Source of the DNA: Patescibacteria group bacterium
GTDB taxonomy: Bacteria; Patescibacteriota; Microgenomatia; UBA8517
Length of the DNA: 64,000 nucleotides
Assembly: GCA_041742135.1 (NCBI GenBank)
Contig: JBGSJG010000005.1
Coordinates: 5,878-69,877 of the forward strand
Direction of reading: 5' to 3'
The notes under the pieces: generated by a model
Seen by the model: only the letters and a program-made list of their open reading frames with translations
Told to the model about the DNA's origin: nothing
The model's database searches: none
Position numbers and translations under genes: made by a program
Shown: piece after piece, positions 57,030 to 64,000 of the stretch
Layout of the letters: each line of letters starts with the position of its first letter
Numbering within the stretch: the stretch's first letter is position 1

Positions 57030-57695
57030 ATGCCTCTTTTAGAATTTAAAAACGTCAGTAAAAGTTTCGGCGCTATAGAAGCTCTCAAAGATGTCAGCTT
57101 TGACATTGAAGAGGGTGAGATGGTTTTTGTGACGGGTCCTTCGGGTGCTGGTAAAACCACACTTCTTAAACTTCTGATTCGTCAGCTTAAGCCTTCAAGT
57201 GGTGAGGTCATTTTTGATGGCAAGGATGTTAGTAAAATTAAAAAGAAGGATGTCCCTGCTCTTCGGCGCAAAGTCGGCACTGTGTTTCAGGATTTTAAGC
57301 TTTTGGATGAAAAAACAATTCGGGAAAACTGCAACATTGCTTTAGCGATTGCAAAAGTTGCCTCAAAAGAATGGGACGCAAGAGTCGAGCACGTACTTGA
57401 GCTAGTTGGCCTTTCAGAGCGTGCTGACTTTTTCCCGTCTCAGCTTTCAGGAGGGGAAATTCAAAGAGCAGCCCTTGCTCGCGCTTTGGTCATGAACCCG
57501 AAGATAATTTTTGCCGATGAGCCTACGGGAAACCTTGATTGGGATACAGCCGAGGAAGTTATGAAGCTCTTGCAAAAAATTAATAAAGAGGGCAAAACTG
57601 TAATTGTTACCACGCATCACAAAAAAATTATTCACGAGTTGGGTGGCAGACAGTTGGAGCTTAAAAAAGGGAGTCTGGAAAAAGGAGAAAAATGA
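57030..57695 (+). CDS. ftsE: cell-division ABC ATPase FtsE
   Basis: Walker A GPSGAGKTT, signature LSGGEIQR, Walker B IFADEPT, H-loop TTHH. Confidence 0.9.
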   Translation: MPLLEFKNVSKSFGAIEALKDVSFDIEEGEMVFVTGPSGAGKTTLLKLLIRQLKPSSGEVIFDGKDVSKIKKKDVPALRRKVGTVFQDFKLLDEKTIRENCNIALAIAKVASKEWDARVEHVLELVGLSERADFFPSQLSGGEIQRAALARALVMNPKIIFADEPTGNLDWDTAEEVMKLLQKINKEGKTVIVTTHHKKIIHELGGRQLELKKGSLEKGEK

Positions 57696-58606
57696 GTTTA
57701 CATCTAAAAACAAGTATTGCTAACATTAGACGCGCGCCTTTTCAGGCGATGGCGGCAATTAGCGTTTTGGCAATTACATTTTTTGTATCGACCCTAATTG
57801 CTTTAGCGGTTTATTCATCAAACCAGATCATAAGTTACTTCGAAACTAGGCCTCAAATTATTGCATTCTTGAAGGACGACACGACCCAGGAGCAGGTTGA
57901 TGACTTAATGGGTAGGCTAACGGGGGATCCTCGAATTGCGAATCTTAAATTTGTATCAAAAGAAGAGGCCTTAAATATTTACAAAGAGGCAACATCTGAT
58001 AATCCACTTTTGGGCGAGCTTGTTAGCCCGTCAATTTTCCCCGCAAGTATCGAGTTTTCGCCATCTGACTTATCCCATGCTCAAGATCTAATATCGCTTG
58101 TGGAAGGCGAGCTTGTGGTGGAGGATATTGGCTTTACTGCAAACGTGGGCGGCTCCTCTGCTGTAGGGGATGTGATTAATCGTCTAAAAACCATCTCGTA
58201 TTACGTACGGCTCACAGGCGCTGTGTCTGTTGGTGTTTTGGCTGTAACATCCGGTTTGGTTTTAATGGTCGTAATTAGTATGCGAATAAGTATGAAGAAG
58301 GAGGAGATCGAGTCTTTAAGTCTGATTGGAGCTTCGCCCGGTTTTATTCGCGCTCCACTTCTTTTGGAAGCTATTGAGTACGGAGTTTTGGGAGCATTTT
58401 TAGGATGGCTCTTGGCGGCAGTGTTGGCAATGTATGTTTCGCCTCACCTGTTTTCTTATTTTGGGACGCTTCCAATTTTACCCAAAGAACCGTCGCAATT
58501 TTTCGGGCTTTTGGGCATTATCCTTTTGGGCGAAGTGTTAATCAGCGTGACAATCGCAACACTGGGCAGTCTTTTTTCGCTTTCGCGAACGCTTAAGCTA
58601 AAATAG
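57692..58606 (+). CDS. ftsX: cell-division permease FtsX
   Basis: TM1, a periplasmic domain, then three C-terminal TM helices. Overlaps the ftsE stop. Confidence 0.85.
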   Translation: MSLHLKTSIANIRRAPFQAMAAISVLAITFFVSTLIALAVYSSNQIISYFETRPQIIAFLKDDTTQEQVDDLMGRLTGDPRIANLKFVSKEEALNIYKEATSDNPLLGELVSPSIFPASIEFSPSDLSHAQDLISLVEGELVVEDIGFTANVGGSSAVGDVINRLKTISYYVRLTGAVSVGVLAVTSGLVLMVVISMRISMKKEEIESLSLIGASPGFIRAPLLLEAIEYGVLGAFLGWLLAAVLAMYVSPHLFSYFGTLPILPKEPSQFFGLLGIILLGEVLISVTIATLGSLFSLSRTLKLK

Positions 58607-58609
58607 GTT

Positions 58610-59767
58610 ATGCCAAAAAAGCTTTATATTAAAGTCCTCACTCTTCTTGTCTTGGGATTTTCCCTTTTTATCCTTCGGCCAACGTATGCCCAAGACGATG
58701 CCAAGATGCAGGAGTTGTCTCGCCAGATTGAAGAGTACAACGCGCAAATTTCTCGTCTTCAAAGCCAGGCTTCGTCCTTGTCTAACGAAGTGGCAAGCTT
58801 TGATGCTAAGATCCGCCTGACAGAGCTTAAAATTGACTCTACGCAGTCACAGATAACTCTTCTTGGGGGTAGGATCGACCAGTTAGTTGTCTCGCTTGAT
58901 TCTCTGGAAAAAGCATTTGGCTCGCGCGTTAGCGAGACTTATAAATTGTCCAGGCTAGAAAGTTCTCCAGTTTTATTTTTGGCTTCCGACAATGTACCTG
59001 AGGCTGTTTCTAAGTACCATTACCTTCAGAAGATCCAAGAAGCGGATAAAAAATTGATTACACGGCTAGATAGCGCTAAAACTACTTATTCTGAACAGAA
59101 GGTGGAGCTGGAGGATTTGGAGCAAGTTTTGGGAGTCCAGAAAGAACAGTTGGATGTTCAAAAATCGGCCAAGGCAAATTTACTCGCAATAACCAAAAAT
59201 GATGAAAAGAAATACCAACAGCTTTTGGCCGCAGCCCGTGCCGAGTACGAAGCAATTCAAGCCATTATTGCAGGGCGAGGAGATGAAAGTGAGGTTGGCC
59301 ATGTTAACTCCGGGGATCGCATTGCAAGCATTATTCAAGGACCGTCGTGCAACTCAAGTGGTGGGCATTTGCACTTTATAGTAAGTAATCAAAGTACCAC
59401 TGAAAACCCGTTTAGCCATCTTAAGCCCGGCGTCGATTTTCTTAACTGCTCGGGACCGGGGGAATGTGGTGCGGGTGACCCGTTTAACCCTTCAGGTGGC
59501 TGGGATTGGCCAATCAGCCCCCAGATTCGTTTTACGCAGGGTTATGGAAGTACTTGGGCAGTGCAAAATACTTGGGTTGGGAGGGTTTATAACTTTCACA
59601 ATGGTATCGATATTGATAGTGAAAGCTCGTCTGATGTGCGAGCGGTTCAGCCTGGAACGCTTTATCGAGGAAGCGTATCGGGGAGCAACGGCTGCAGACT
59701 AAGATATGTTCGCGTGGATCACGAAGGAAGTGATCTGGATACATTTTATTTGCATATTAATTATTAA
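58610..59767 (+). CDS. EnvC-like coiled-coil protein with a C-terminal M23/LytM peptidase domain
   Basis: Signal sequence, long coiled coil (QELSRQIEEYNAQISRLQSQASSL...), C-terminal HNGIDID (HxxxD) and HEGSD ... YLH motifs. Synteny ftsE-ftsX-envC. Confidence 0.7.
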   Translation: MPKKLYIKVLTLLVLGFSLFILRPTYAQDDAKMQELSRQIEEYNAQISRLQSQASSLSNEVASFDAKIRLTELKIDSTQSQITLLGGRIDQLVVSLDSLEKAFGSRVSETYKLSRLESSPVLFLASDNVPEAVSKYHYLQKIQEADKKLITRLDSAKTTYSEQKVELEDLEQVLGVQKEQLDVQKSAKANLLAITKNDEKKYQQLLAAARAEYEAIQAIIAGRGDESEVGHVNSGDRIASIIQGPSCNSSGGHLHFIVSNQSTTENPFSHLKPGVDFLNCSGPGECGAGDPFNPSGGWDWPISPQIRFTQGYGSTWAVQNTWVGRVYNFHNGIDIDSESSSDVRAVQPGTLYRGSVSGSNGCRLRYVRVDHEGSDLDTFYLHINY

Positions 59768-60486
59768 TGTTTTCGACTTTGGTGTTCACACTCGCTTTAG
59801 CTGTGAGTGTAACTTCGCCACACACTAACGTCGTCGGCGGAGATGAGTTTGAACTGAATGCCAATGTTACAGGCTTTGAGCCCTCCTCAACTTATTACAT
59901 AAAAGCGTTGGGTGGTGACAATAACTACGAGGTATTAACTAAAAACAACGAAAGTTGGCTTTCTTGGAATAGCTCTTGGGACTCGATGCCTCAGTTTGTT
60001 TCTCCTGAGGCCACCGAGAGTGCTACGTTGGTAACAGTAAAGGGAAAATTTAAAGATGATTCTTCGGGAACTAAAGATGTTAAAGTCCGTATCAGAAAAG
60101 TTGATCTGGATGAAAACTACGATTCAAATTTAATATCGATTCTGGTTACCGCAAAAGCCACTCCCACCCCAACTGCAACTGCCACTGCTTCACCCAGCCC
60201 CACCCCAACTACGACTGCCACTCCTTCGCCGTCGCCAACTCCAACTAAAAAGCCAACACCTAAACCAACCACGACAAACACTTCCACGCCTTCACCAAGC
60301 CCAACGCCTGTTGTTTTGGGGGAGGCTACGTCCACCCCAACTGTAATCGATACAGCTACTGTTAACAGCTCGGGCGAGAAAAGTATTCCAAATTTCTCTA
60401 TACTTATGGTTGTCGGTGGTTTGGTGCTAAGCACCACTGCTGGCTTTTCGATTTGGAAAAAATATCGTGAAGAAAACTCTGCGTAA
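59767..60486 (+). CDS. cell-surface protein with a PT-rich linker and C-terminal TM anchor
   Basis: Signal peptide, a beta domain, (T/S)P(T/S)P linker (about 60 aa), and a C-terminal hydrophobic helix plus KKYREEN tail. Confidence 0.45.
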   Translation: MFSTLVFTLALAVSVTSPHTNVVGGDEFELNANVTGFEPSSTYYIKALGGDNNYEVLTKNNESWLSWNSSWDSMPQFVSPEATESATLVTVKGKFKDDSSGTKDVKVRIRKVDLDENYDSNLISILVTAKATPTPTATATASPSPTPTTTATPSPSPTPTKKPTPKPTTTNTSTPSPSPTPVVLGEATSTPTVIDTATVNSSGEKSIPNFSILMVVGGLVLSTTAGFSIWKKYREENSA

Positions 60487-60886
60487 TTTACAATTTTGGC
60501 TACTGCCACTTTTTTGGGCTAGTGTGATTTTTTATTTATCCAGCTTTCCCGCGGGGTCAACTACCCAAGTTTACTGGCAGGATTTTATTGTTAAAAAACT
60601 TGCCCACGTTACCGAGTATGCAATATTAACTCTCCTTACTTATCGTGCATTTATAAATAACGGAGTAGAGCGTGTCTTGGCCATAAAATATGCCATAATC
60701 CTCTCAATTTTTTACGGAGCTACGGATGAAATTCATCAGTCTTTCACTCCCGGACGTGAGCCAACTGTTCGCGATGTATTATTTGATACAATTGGGGCAC
60801 TACTTACAGGATACTTTTTATGGAAATTATTACCAAAAGCGCCGATGAGACTAAAAAAGCTGGCCGCGATTTTTCAAATAAACTAA
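60467..60886 (+). CDS. VanZ-family membrane protein
   Basis: KLAHVTEYAILTLL ... YGATDEIHQSFTPGREPTVRDVLFDTIGALLG is VanZ-like. Confidence 0.7.
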   Translation: MKKTLRNLQFWLLPLFWASVIFYLSSFPAGSTTQVYWQDFIVKKLAHVTEYAILTLLTYRAFINNGVERVLAIKYAIILSIFYGATDEIHQSFTPGREPTVRDVLFDTIGALLTGYFLWKLLPKAPMRLKKLAAIFQIN

Positions 60887-61224
60887 AGGCTGGTAGCGTT
60901 GTGGCGCTGGTGGGTGAATTGGGGGCAGGTAAGACTACTTTTATCCAAGGAGTGGCTGAAGGCTTGGGAATTACCCAAAGAGTAAATTCACCTACGTTTA
61001 TTATCATGCGTAGTTACGATGATTTTTATCATGTCGATTTATACAGACTGGACGAGCACATCAAAGATGAAGTTACCAACCTTGGTCTTTTGGATCTAGT
61101 CCGAGAGGGTAAGTCGATTATCTTGATTGAATGGGCGGAAAAGATTCGCGATCTTCTGCCAAAAGACGCAATTTGGATTAAAATAGAAGATAATGGAGAG
61201 GATCAAAGAAGAATAACCATATGA
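60820..61224 (+). CDS. tsaE: tRNA t6A37 biosynthesis ATPase TsaE (YjeE)
   Basis: ALVGELGAGKTTFIQG P-loop and SPTFIIM ... YHVDLYRL motifs. Overlaps the VanZ gene 3' end by 67 nt. Confidence 0.85.
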   Translation: MEIITKSADETKKAGRDFSNKLKAGSVVALVGELGAGKTTFIQGVAEGLGITQRVNSPTFIIMRSYDDFYHVDLYRLDEHIKDEVTNLGLLDLVREGKSIILIEWAEKIRDLLPKDAIWIKIEDNGEDQRRITI

Positions 61225-62207
61225 ACATACTTGTAACAGGGGGTGCGGGGTACATTGGAAGCTTTATCGTGCGAAGGCTTAAAGAAGCAGGCCACAACCC
61301 GATAATTTTTGACAATTTTAGCTGTGGCCATCGTGAGGCCGTGGAAGGCTTCACGGTCTACGAAGCAGATTTAGTCAAAAATCCAGATAAAATTCTTGAG
61401 GTCCTAAAAGAAGAAAAAATAGATGGAGTAATTCATATGGCCAGCTTTATCCAAATGGGTGAGTCTTTCAAAAACCCAGGAAAATATTTTAACAACAATT
61501 TAATCGGCGCAGTTAATTTGTTTGAGGCAATGCGCGAAGCTGGGACCAAGTATTTGGTCTTTAGCTCCTCTGCCGGCGTTTATGGCCGTGTTGACACGCT
61601 TCCTATTGACGAAGACACTCCCAAAAAACCTGAGAATCCCTACGGTGAAACCAAACTTATGATCGAGCGGATGCTTCACTGGTATACAACCGCGGGTAAC
61701 TTAAACTATATCGCGATTCGTTATTTTAACGCGGCTGGGGCAGCTCTGGACGGCAGCCTTGGGGAGGCCCATCCGGCTGAAAGCCATATTATTCCTCTTG
61801 CCATTGCTGCAGCGCAGGCAGGAGGGGAATTTACCATCTTTGGTGATGATTATAAAACTGTCGACGGAACGTGTGTGCGCGATTACATTCATGTTTTAGA
61901 TCTCGCCGAGGCTCATGTTTTGGCTATCGAAGCACTTGCCAAGGGCCACGAAAGTGCAAGTTATAATGCTGGTACGGGGGTTGGGTTTTCTAATAAACAA
62001 ATTCTTGAAAAAGTTAACGAGGCTTCAGGAGGCAAACTTAAAATCAAAATTGGTCCTAGGCGCGAGGGAGACGTGGATGCTCTATATGCTTCAACCGGCA
62101 AAATTAAAAATGATTTAGGCTGGGAGCCTACACACTCCGACTTGGACACCATTATCGGTTCAGCTTGGAAATGGCATGAGTCTCATCCGAATGGCTTTGA
62201 AAAATGA
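61221..62207 (+). CDS. galE: UDP-glucose 4-epimerase
   Basis: TGGAGYIGS Rossmann motif, SSSAGVYG ... YGETK (YxxxK) catalytic residues. Confidence 0.9.
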   Translation: MNILVTGGAGYIGSFIVRRLKEAGHNPIIFDNFSCGHREAVEGFTVYEADLVKNPDKILEVLKEEKIDGVIHMASFIQMGESFKNPGKYFNNNLIGAVNLFEAMREAGTKYLVFSSSAGVYGRVDTLPIDEDTPKKPENPYGETKLMIERMLHWYTTAGNLNYIAIRYFNAAGAALDGSLGEAHPAESHIIPLAIAAAQAGGEFTIFGDDYKTVDGTCVRDYIHVLDLAEAHVLAIEALAKGHESASYNAGTGVGFSNKQILEKVNEASGGKLKIKIGPRREGDVDALYASTGKIKNDLGWEPTHSDLDTIIGSAWKWHESHPNGFEK

Positions 62208-62491
62208 GACTATATATTGATACCACTAGCTCCGAGAAAATTGTTATTAAGCTGGACGACGAAACGCACGAAACCGCGACAAAACTAAATAAGTCTCAGG
62301 CACTCCTGCCTTTTATCGTTGATACGTTAGCGAAAAAAAACACGAAACTTCAAGACTTAACTGTTATAGAGGTTAACCCCGGCCCTGGAAGTTTTACTGG
62401 TATCCGTGTGGGTTACGCCGTTGCCCAAGCTTTGGCTTGGTCTTTGAAAATTTCTTCAGACTTCAGTCAAATAAACTACCAAAAGGACTAG
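62204..62491 (+). CDS. TsaB (YeaZ)-like N-terminal fragment, 95 aa
   Basis: MRLYIDTTSS ... VNPGPGSFTGIRVGYAVAQALAW matches the TsaB N-terminal ASKHA half; the C-terminal half is absent. ATGA overlap with galE. Confidence 0.55.
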   Translation: MRLYIDTTSSEKIVIKLDDETHETATKLNKSQALLPFIVDTLAKKNTKLQDLTVIEVNPGPGSFTGIRVGYAVAQALAWSLKISSDFSQINYQKD

Positions 62492-62499
62492 AACAGTAC

Positions 62500-62528
62500 T
62501 TGACAAGGACTCTCACGTTAAGTAGACT
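62500..62528 (+). promoter_or_regulatory. sigma70-like promoter TTGACA-17-TAGACT
   Basis: Consensus -35, 17-nt spacer, about 55 nt upstream of the 62585 ATG. Confidence 0.4.
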
Positions 62529-62584
62529 GGCGTTACTATTTTTGAGGCTGCCCTTTTATAAAGTTTGGTTTATCTGATTAAACA

Positions 62585-63169
62585 ATGACAAAATTATTTT
62601 TTCGAGGAGGTAGCCTAAATAAGAAAAAAATCTTCAAGATTGTCGGAGCTCTTGCTTTCATATTCGTTCTCTTCGTTGTCGCTCGTAGTGTATTTTCGGG
62701 TGCTTCGTCAGAAGCTACAGGAAACTCCTCAGTGCTTAAATCTGCAACAGTAAACAAAGAACTTGGAAAAGAAGTTGGCATTTCCATAAAGGATGAAGAC
62801 GGTGAAGAGGTGGAAAAAGTTACCATGAGGTTAGAAAATATTGAGCTTCGGGATGAAATAATCGTCAAAGGCCAAAAGGCATCTTCGGTTTCTGGGAGAA
62901 GTTTTTTGGTAGTAAACATTAAGCTTTCGAACTCTCTGGAGCAAGGTGTTGAAATTAATACCAAAGATTATTTAAGACTAGGATCTGGCACAGAGCCTAC
63001 TGAGTGGTTGGCTCCAGATATTCACAATGATCCGGTTTTGGTTCAAGCGATTTCCACAAAACCTACTCGTGTAGCTTTCCCAGTTAACGCAGATGAGCGA
63101 AAATTTGTTTTGCAGATAGGCGAAATTGCTGGAGATAAAGAAAAAGTCGAGCTTGACCTTACACAATAA
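62585..63169 (+). CDS. secreted/anchored hypothetical protein (DUF4352-like beta-sandwich?)
   Basis: N-terminal TM/signal, then a beta-rich domain; family assignment tentative. Confidence 0.4.
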   Translation: MTKLFFRGGSLNKKKIFKIVGALAFIFVLFVVARSVFSGASSEATGNSSVLKSATVNKELGKEVGISIKDEDGEEVEKVTMRLENIELRDEIIVKGQKASSVSGRSFLVVNIKLSNSLEQGVEINTKDYLRLGSGTEPTEWLAPDIHNDPVLVQAISTKPTRVAFPVNADERKFVLQIGEIAGDKEKVELDLTQ

Positions 63170-63354
63170 TGCAAAAAGAAGAGTATTCTGTAAAAAGTAT
63201 TTCGGAGACTCTGCTTCACGATATAAAAAAATCTCTTAAAGGTGTCAAAAATTTTGGTAGTGTAGAAATCTTCATTCAAAATGGTGTGGTTACCCAAATA
63301 ACTGTGCGAAATATAAAAAAGACGGCAAGCGCTCGAGAGGTCAGTAGAGCATAA
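63169..63354 (+). CDS. YezD-like small protein (DUF2292)
   Basis: 61 aa; LKGVKNFGSVEIFIQNGVVTQITV matches the YezD pattern. ATGA overlap with the upstream gene. Confidence 0.5.
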   Translation: MQKEEYSVKSISETLLHDIKKSLKGVKNFGSVEIFIQNGVVTQITVRNIKKTASAREVSRA

Positions 63355-63424
63355 TCTATAGGATACTATATTTAATCCGCAAGACGTATATAGTAAGATT
63401 GTGATATTGCTCACAAATGACCTA

Positions 63425-63453
63425 TTGACAAAGCTAAGACATTGTCGTTATAT
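63425..63453 (+). promoter_or_regulatory. sigma70-like promoter TTGACA-17-TTATAT heading a 190-nt leader
   Basis: -35 at 63425-63430, -10 at 63448-63453. Confidence 0.45.
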
Positions 63454-63525
63454 ATGAAGTTATAAATGTCCTATATAAATACATTGTAGGATGTGTTTAA
63501 GGACAGATAACGGAGCTGACCGCAA

Positions 63526-63581
63526 ACGGAGGCTTCCCGATCTAAAGCATTGACTTTGGAGTGGGACGCCTCCGTTTTTTT
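63526..63581 (+). terminator. intrinsic terminator / attenuator hairpin inside the leader
   Basis: ACGGAGGCTTCCC ... GGGACGCCTCCG, a 10-11 bp GC stem, followed by T7. A second ACGGAG copy 16 nt upstream could form an antiterminator. Confidence 0.55.
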
Positions 63582-63653
63582 ATGCGGAGAAGGGCGAAGT
63601 GCAAACCTTGTTTTATTACGAGGAGCCCAAAACGAAAGGGGGTGAGAATAGAT

Positions 63654-64000
63654 ATGAAAATTAGAAAATTAATCGCAACATTAAGCTTATCAGCAATGAT
63701 GCTTAATTTAGTAGCAACTTCTGCTTTAGCAACTTCCGGGTCAGCAATGACTTTTGAAGTTACAGGCAACGGTGTTGAAACCGACAACGACATTGTCGTT
63801 CATGTCGAGCAAGATACCGACGTAAACCAGAGCAACGAATTCAACGCTACCACCAATGTGAATGCAAATTCAAACACTGGCGGAAATAGCGCAAGCCGAA
63901 ACACTGGTGGAAACGCAGTTGTTGACACCGGAGACGCTACCTCACATGTTGAGGTATCAAACGCCGGCAACAGCAACGAAGCAGTAGTAGATTGTTGTGC
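63654..64000 (+). CDS. secreted Asn/Thr/Gly-rich repetitive protein (N-terminal part; continues beyond the window)
   Basis: Strong SD AAAGGGGGTGA, signal peptide MKIRKLIATLSLSAMMLNLVATSALA, then N/T/G/S/D-rich repeats (NTGGNSASRNTGGNAVVDTGDATSHVEVSNAGNSN). Confidence 0.5.
   Translation, partial: MKIRKLIATLSLSAMMLNLVATSALATSGSAMTFEVTGNGVETDNDIVVHVEQDTDVNQSNEFNATTNVNANSNTGGNSASRNTGGNAVVDTGDATSHVEVSNAGNSNEAVVDCC

Noticed and set aside
60170-60320. Nucleotide-level ACTCCAACTGC / CCAAC periodicity that looks repeat-like
   Set aside because: It is the (T/S)P(T/S)P linker of a surface protein. This is a protein-coding low-complexity region, not a CRISPR or tandem-repeat element. The same applies to 41630-41700 in the beta-helix gene.
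63542-63793. 83-aa minus-strand ORF
   Set aside because: Antisense to the leader and signal-peptide region of the well-supported secreted-protein gene (strong SD and signal peptide on the plus strand).
1-64000. Screen for CRISPR arrays, rRNA, transposases and integrases
   Set aside because: No regularly spaced direct repeats, no rRNA-like conserved blocks, and no DDE/tyrosine-recombinase ORFs were seen. The only mobile-element hint is the tRNA-Glu 3'-end duplication, reported separately.

Overview
Low-GC (~42%) bacterial window that is dense with housekeeping genes. The gene content looks like a Patescibacteria/CPR-type genome: class I lysyl-tRNA synthetase, an N-terminal-only TsaB, several GT-C/ArnT-like glycosyltransferases, many start/stop overlaps (ATGA or ATG/TGA offset by 1-2 nt), short intergenic regions. 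The genetic code is standard (TGA is used as a stop, including inside ATGA overlaps).

Identifiable core genes:
- Translation, RNA and protein export: hisS, truB, lon, tRNA-Glu(CUC), greA, lysK, serS, secA, tgt, prfB, tsaE, a TsaB fragment, rarA.
- Envelope and lipid metabolism: uppP, dgkA, an L,D-transpeptidase, a PAP2 phosphatase, ftsE, ftsX, an M23/EnvC-like peptidase, galE.
- Transport and stress: two ABC exporters, an MFS transporter, a ZIP transporter, a CPA1 antiporter, sodA, ppaC.
- Copper homeostasis: copZ and a permease on one side, csoR and copA on the other, in a divergent locus.

Accessory or unusual content, each reported as a finding below:
(a) The divergent cop locus shares a perfect CsoR-type palindrome between overlapping face-to-face promoters, and a 38-aa hydrophobic His-tailed mini-ORF sits between csoR and copA.
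(b) tRNA-Glu has a perfect 19-nt duplication of its 3' end 58 nt downstream, followed by small, compositionally atypical genes. This looks like an integration or excision scar.
(c) A well-formed signal-peptide mini-ORF lies out of frame directly upstream of a bactofilin-like beta-helical membrane protein, suggesting a frameshift.
(d) A divergent pair encodes a fibre-like Ser/Thr/Gly-rich surface protein and a secreted pectate-lyase-fold beta-helix protein, next to an ABC exporter.
(e) A 190-nt leader with a promoter, antiterminator-like repeats and a strong intrinsic terminator precedes a secreted Asn/Thr/Gly-rich protein. It could be a riboswitch or attenuator.
(f) A membrane-anchored Hsp100/Clp-type double-AAA+ ATPase.

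No CRISPR array, rRNA, transposase or integrase gene is visible. All calls come from reading the sequence and the supplied six-frame ORF track; nothing was searched against databases.
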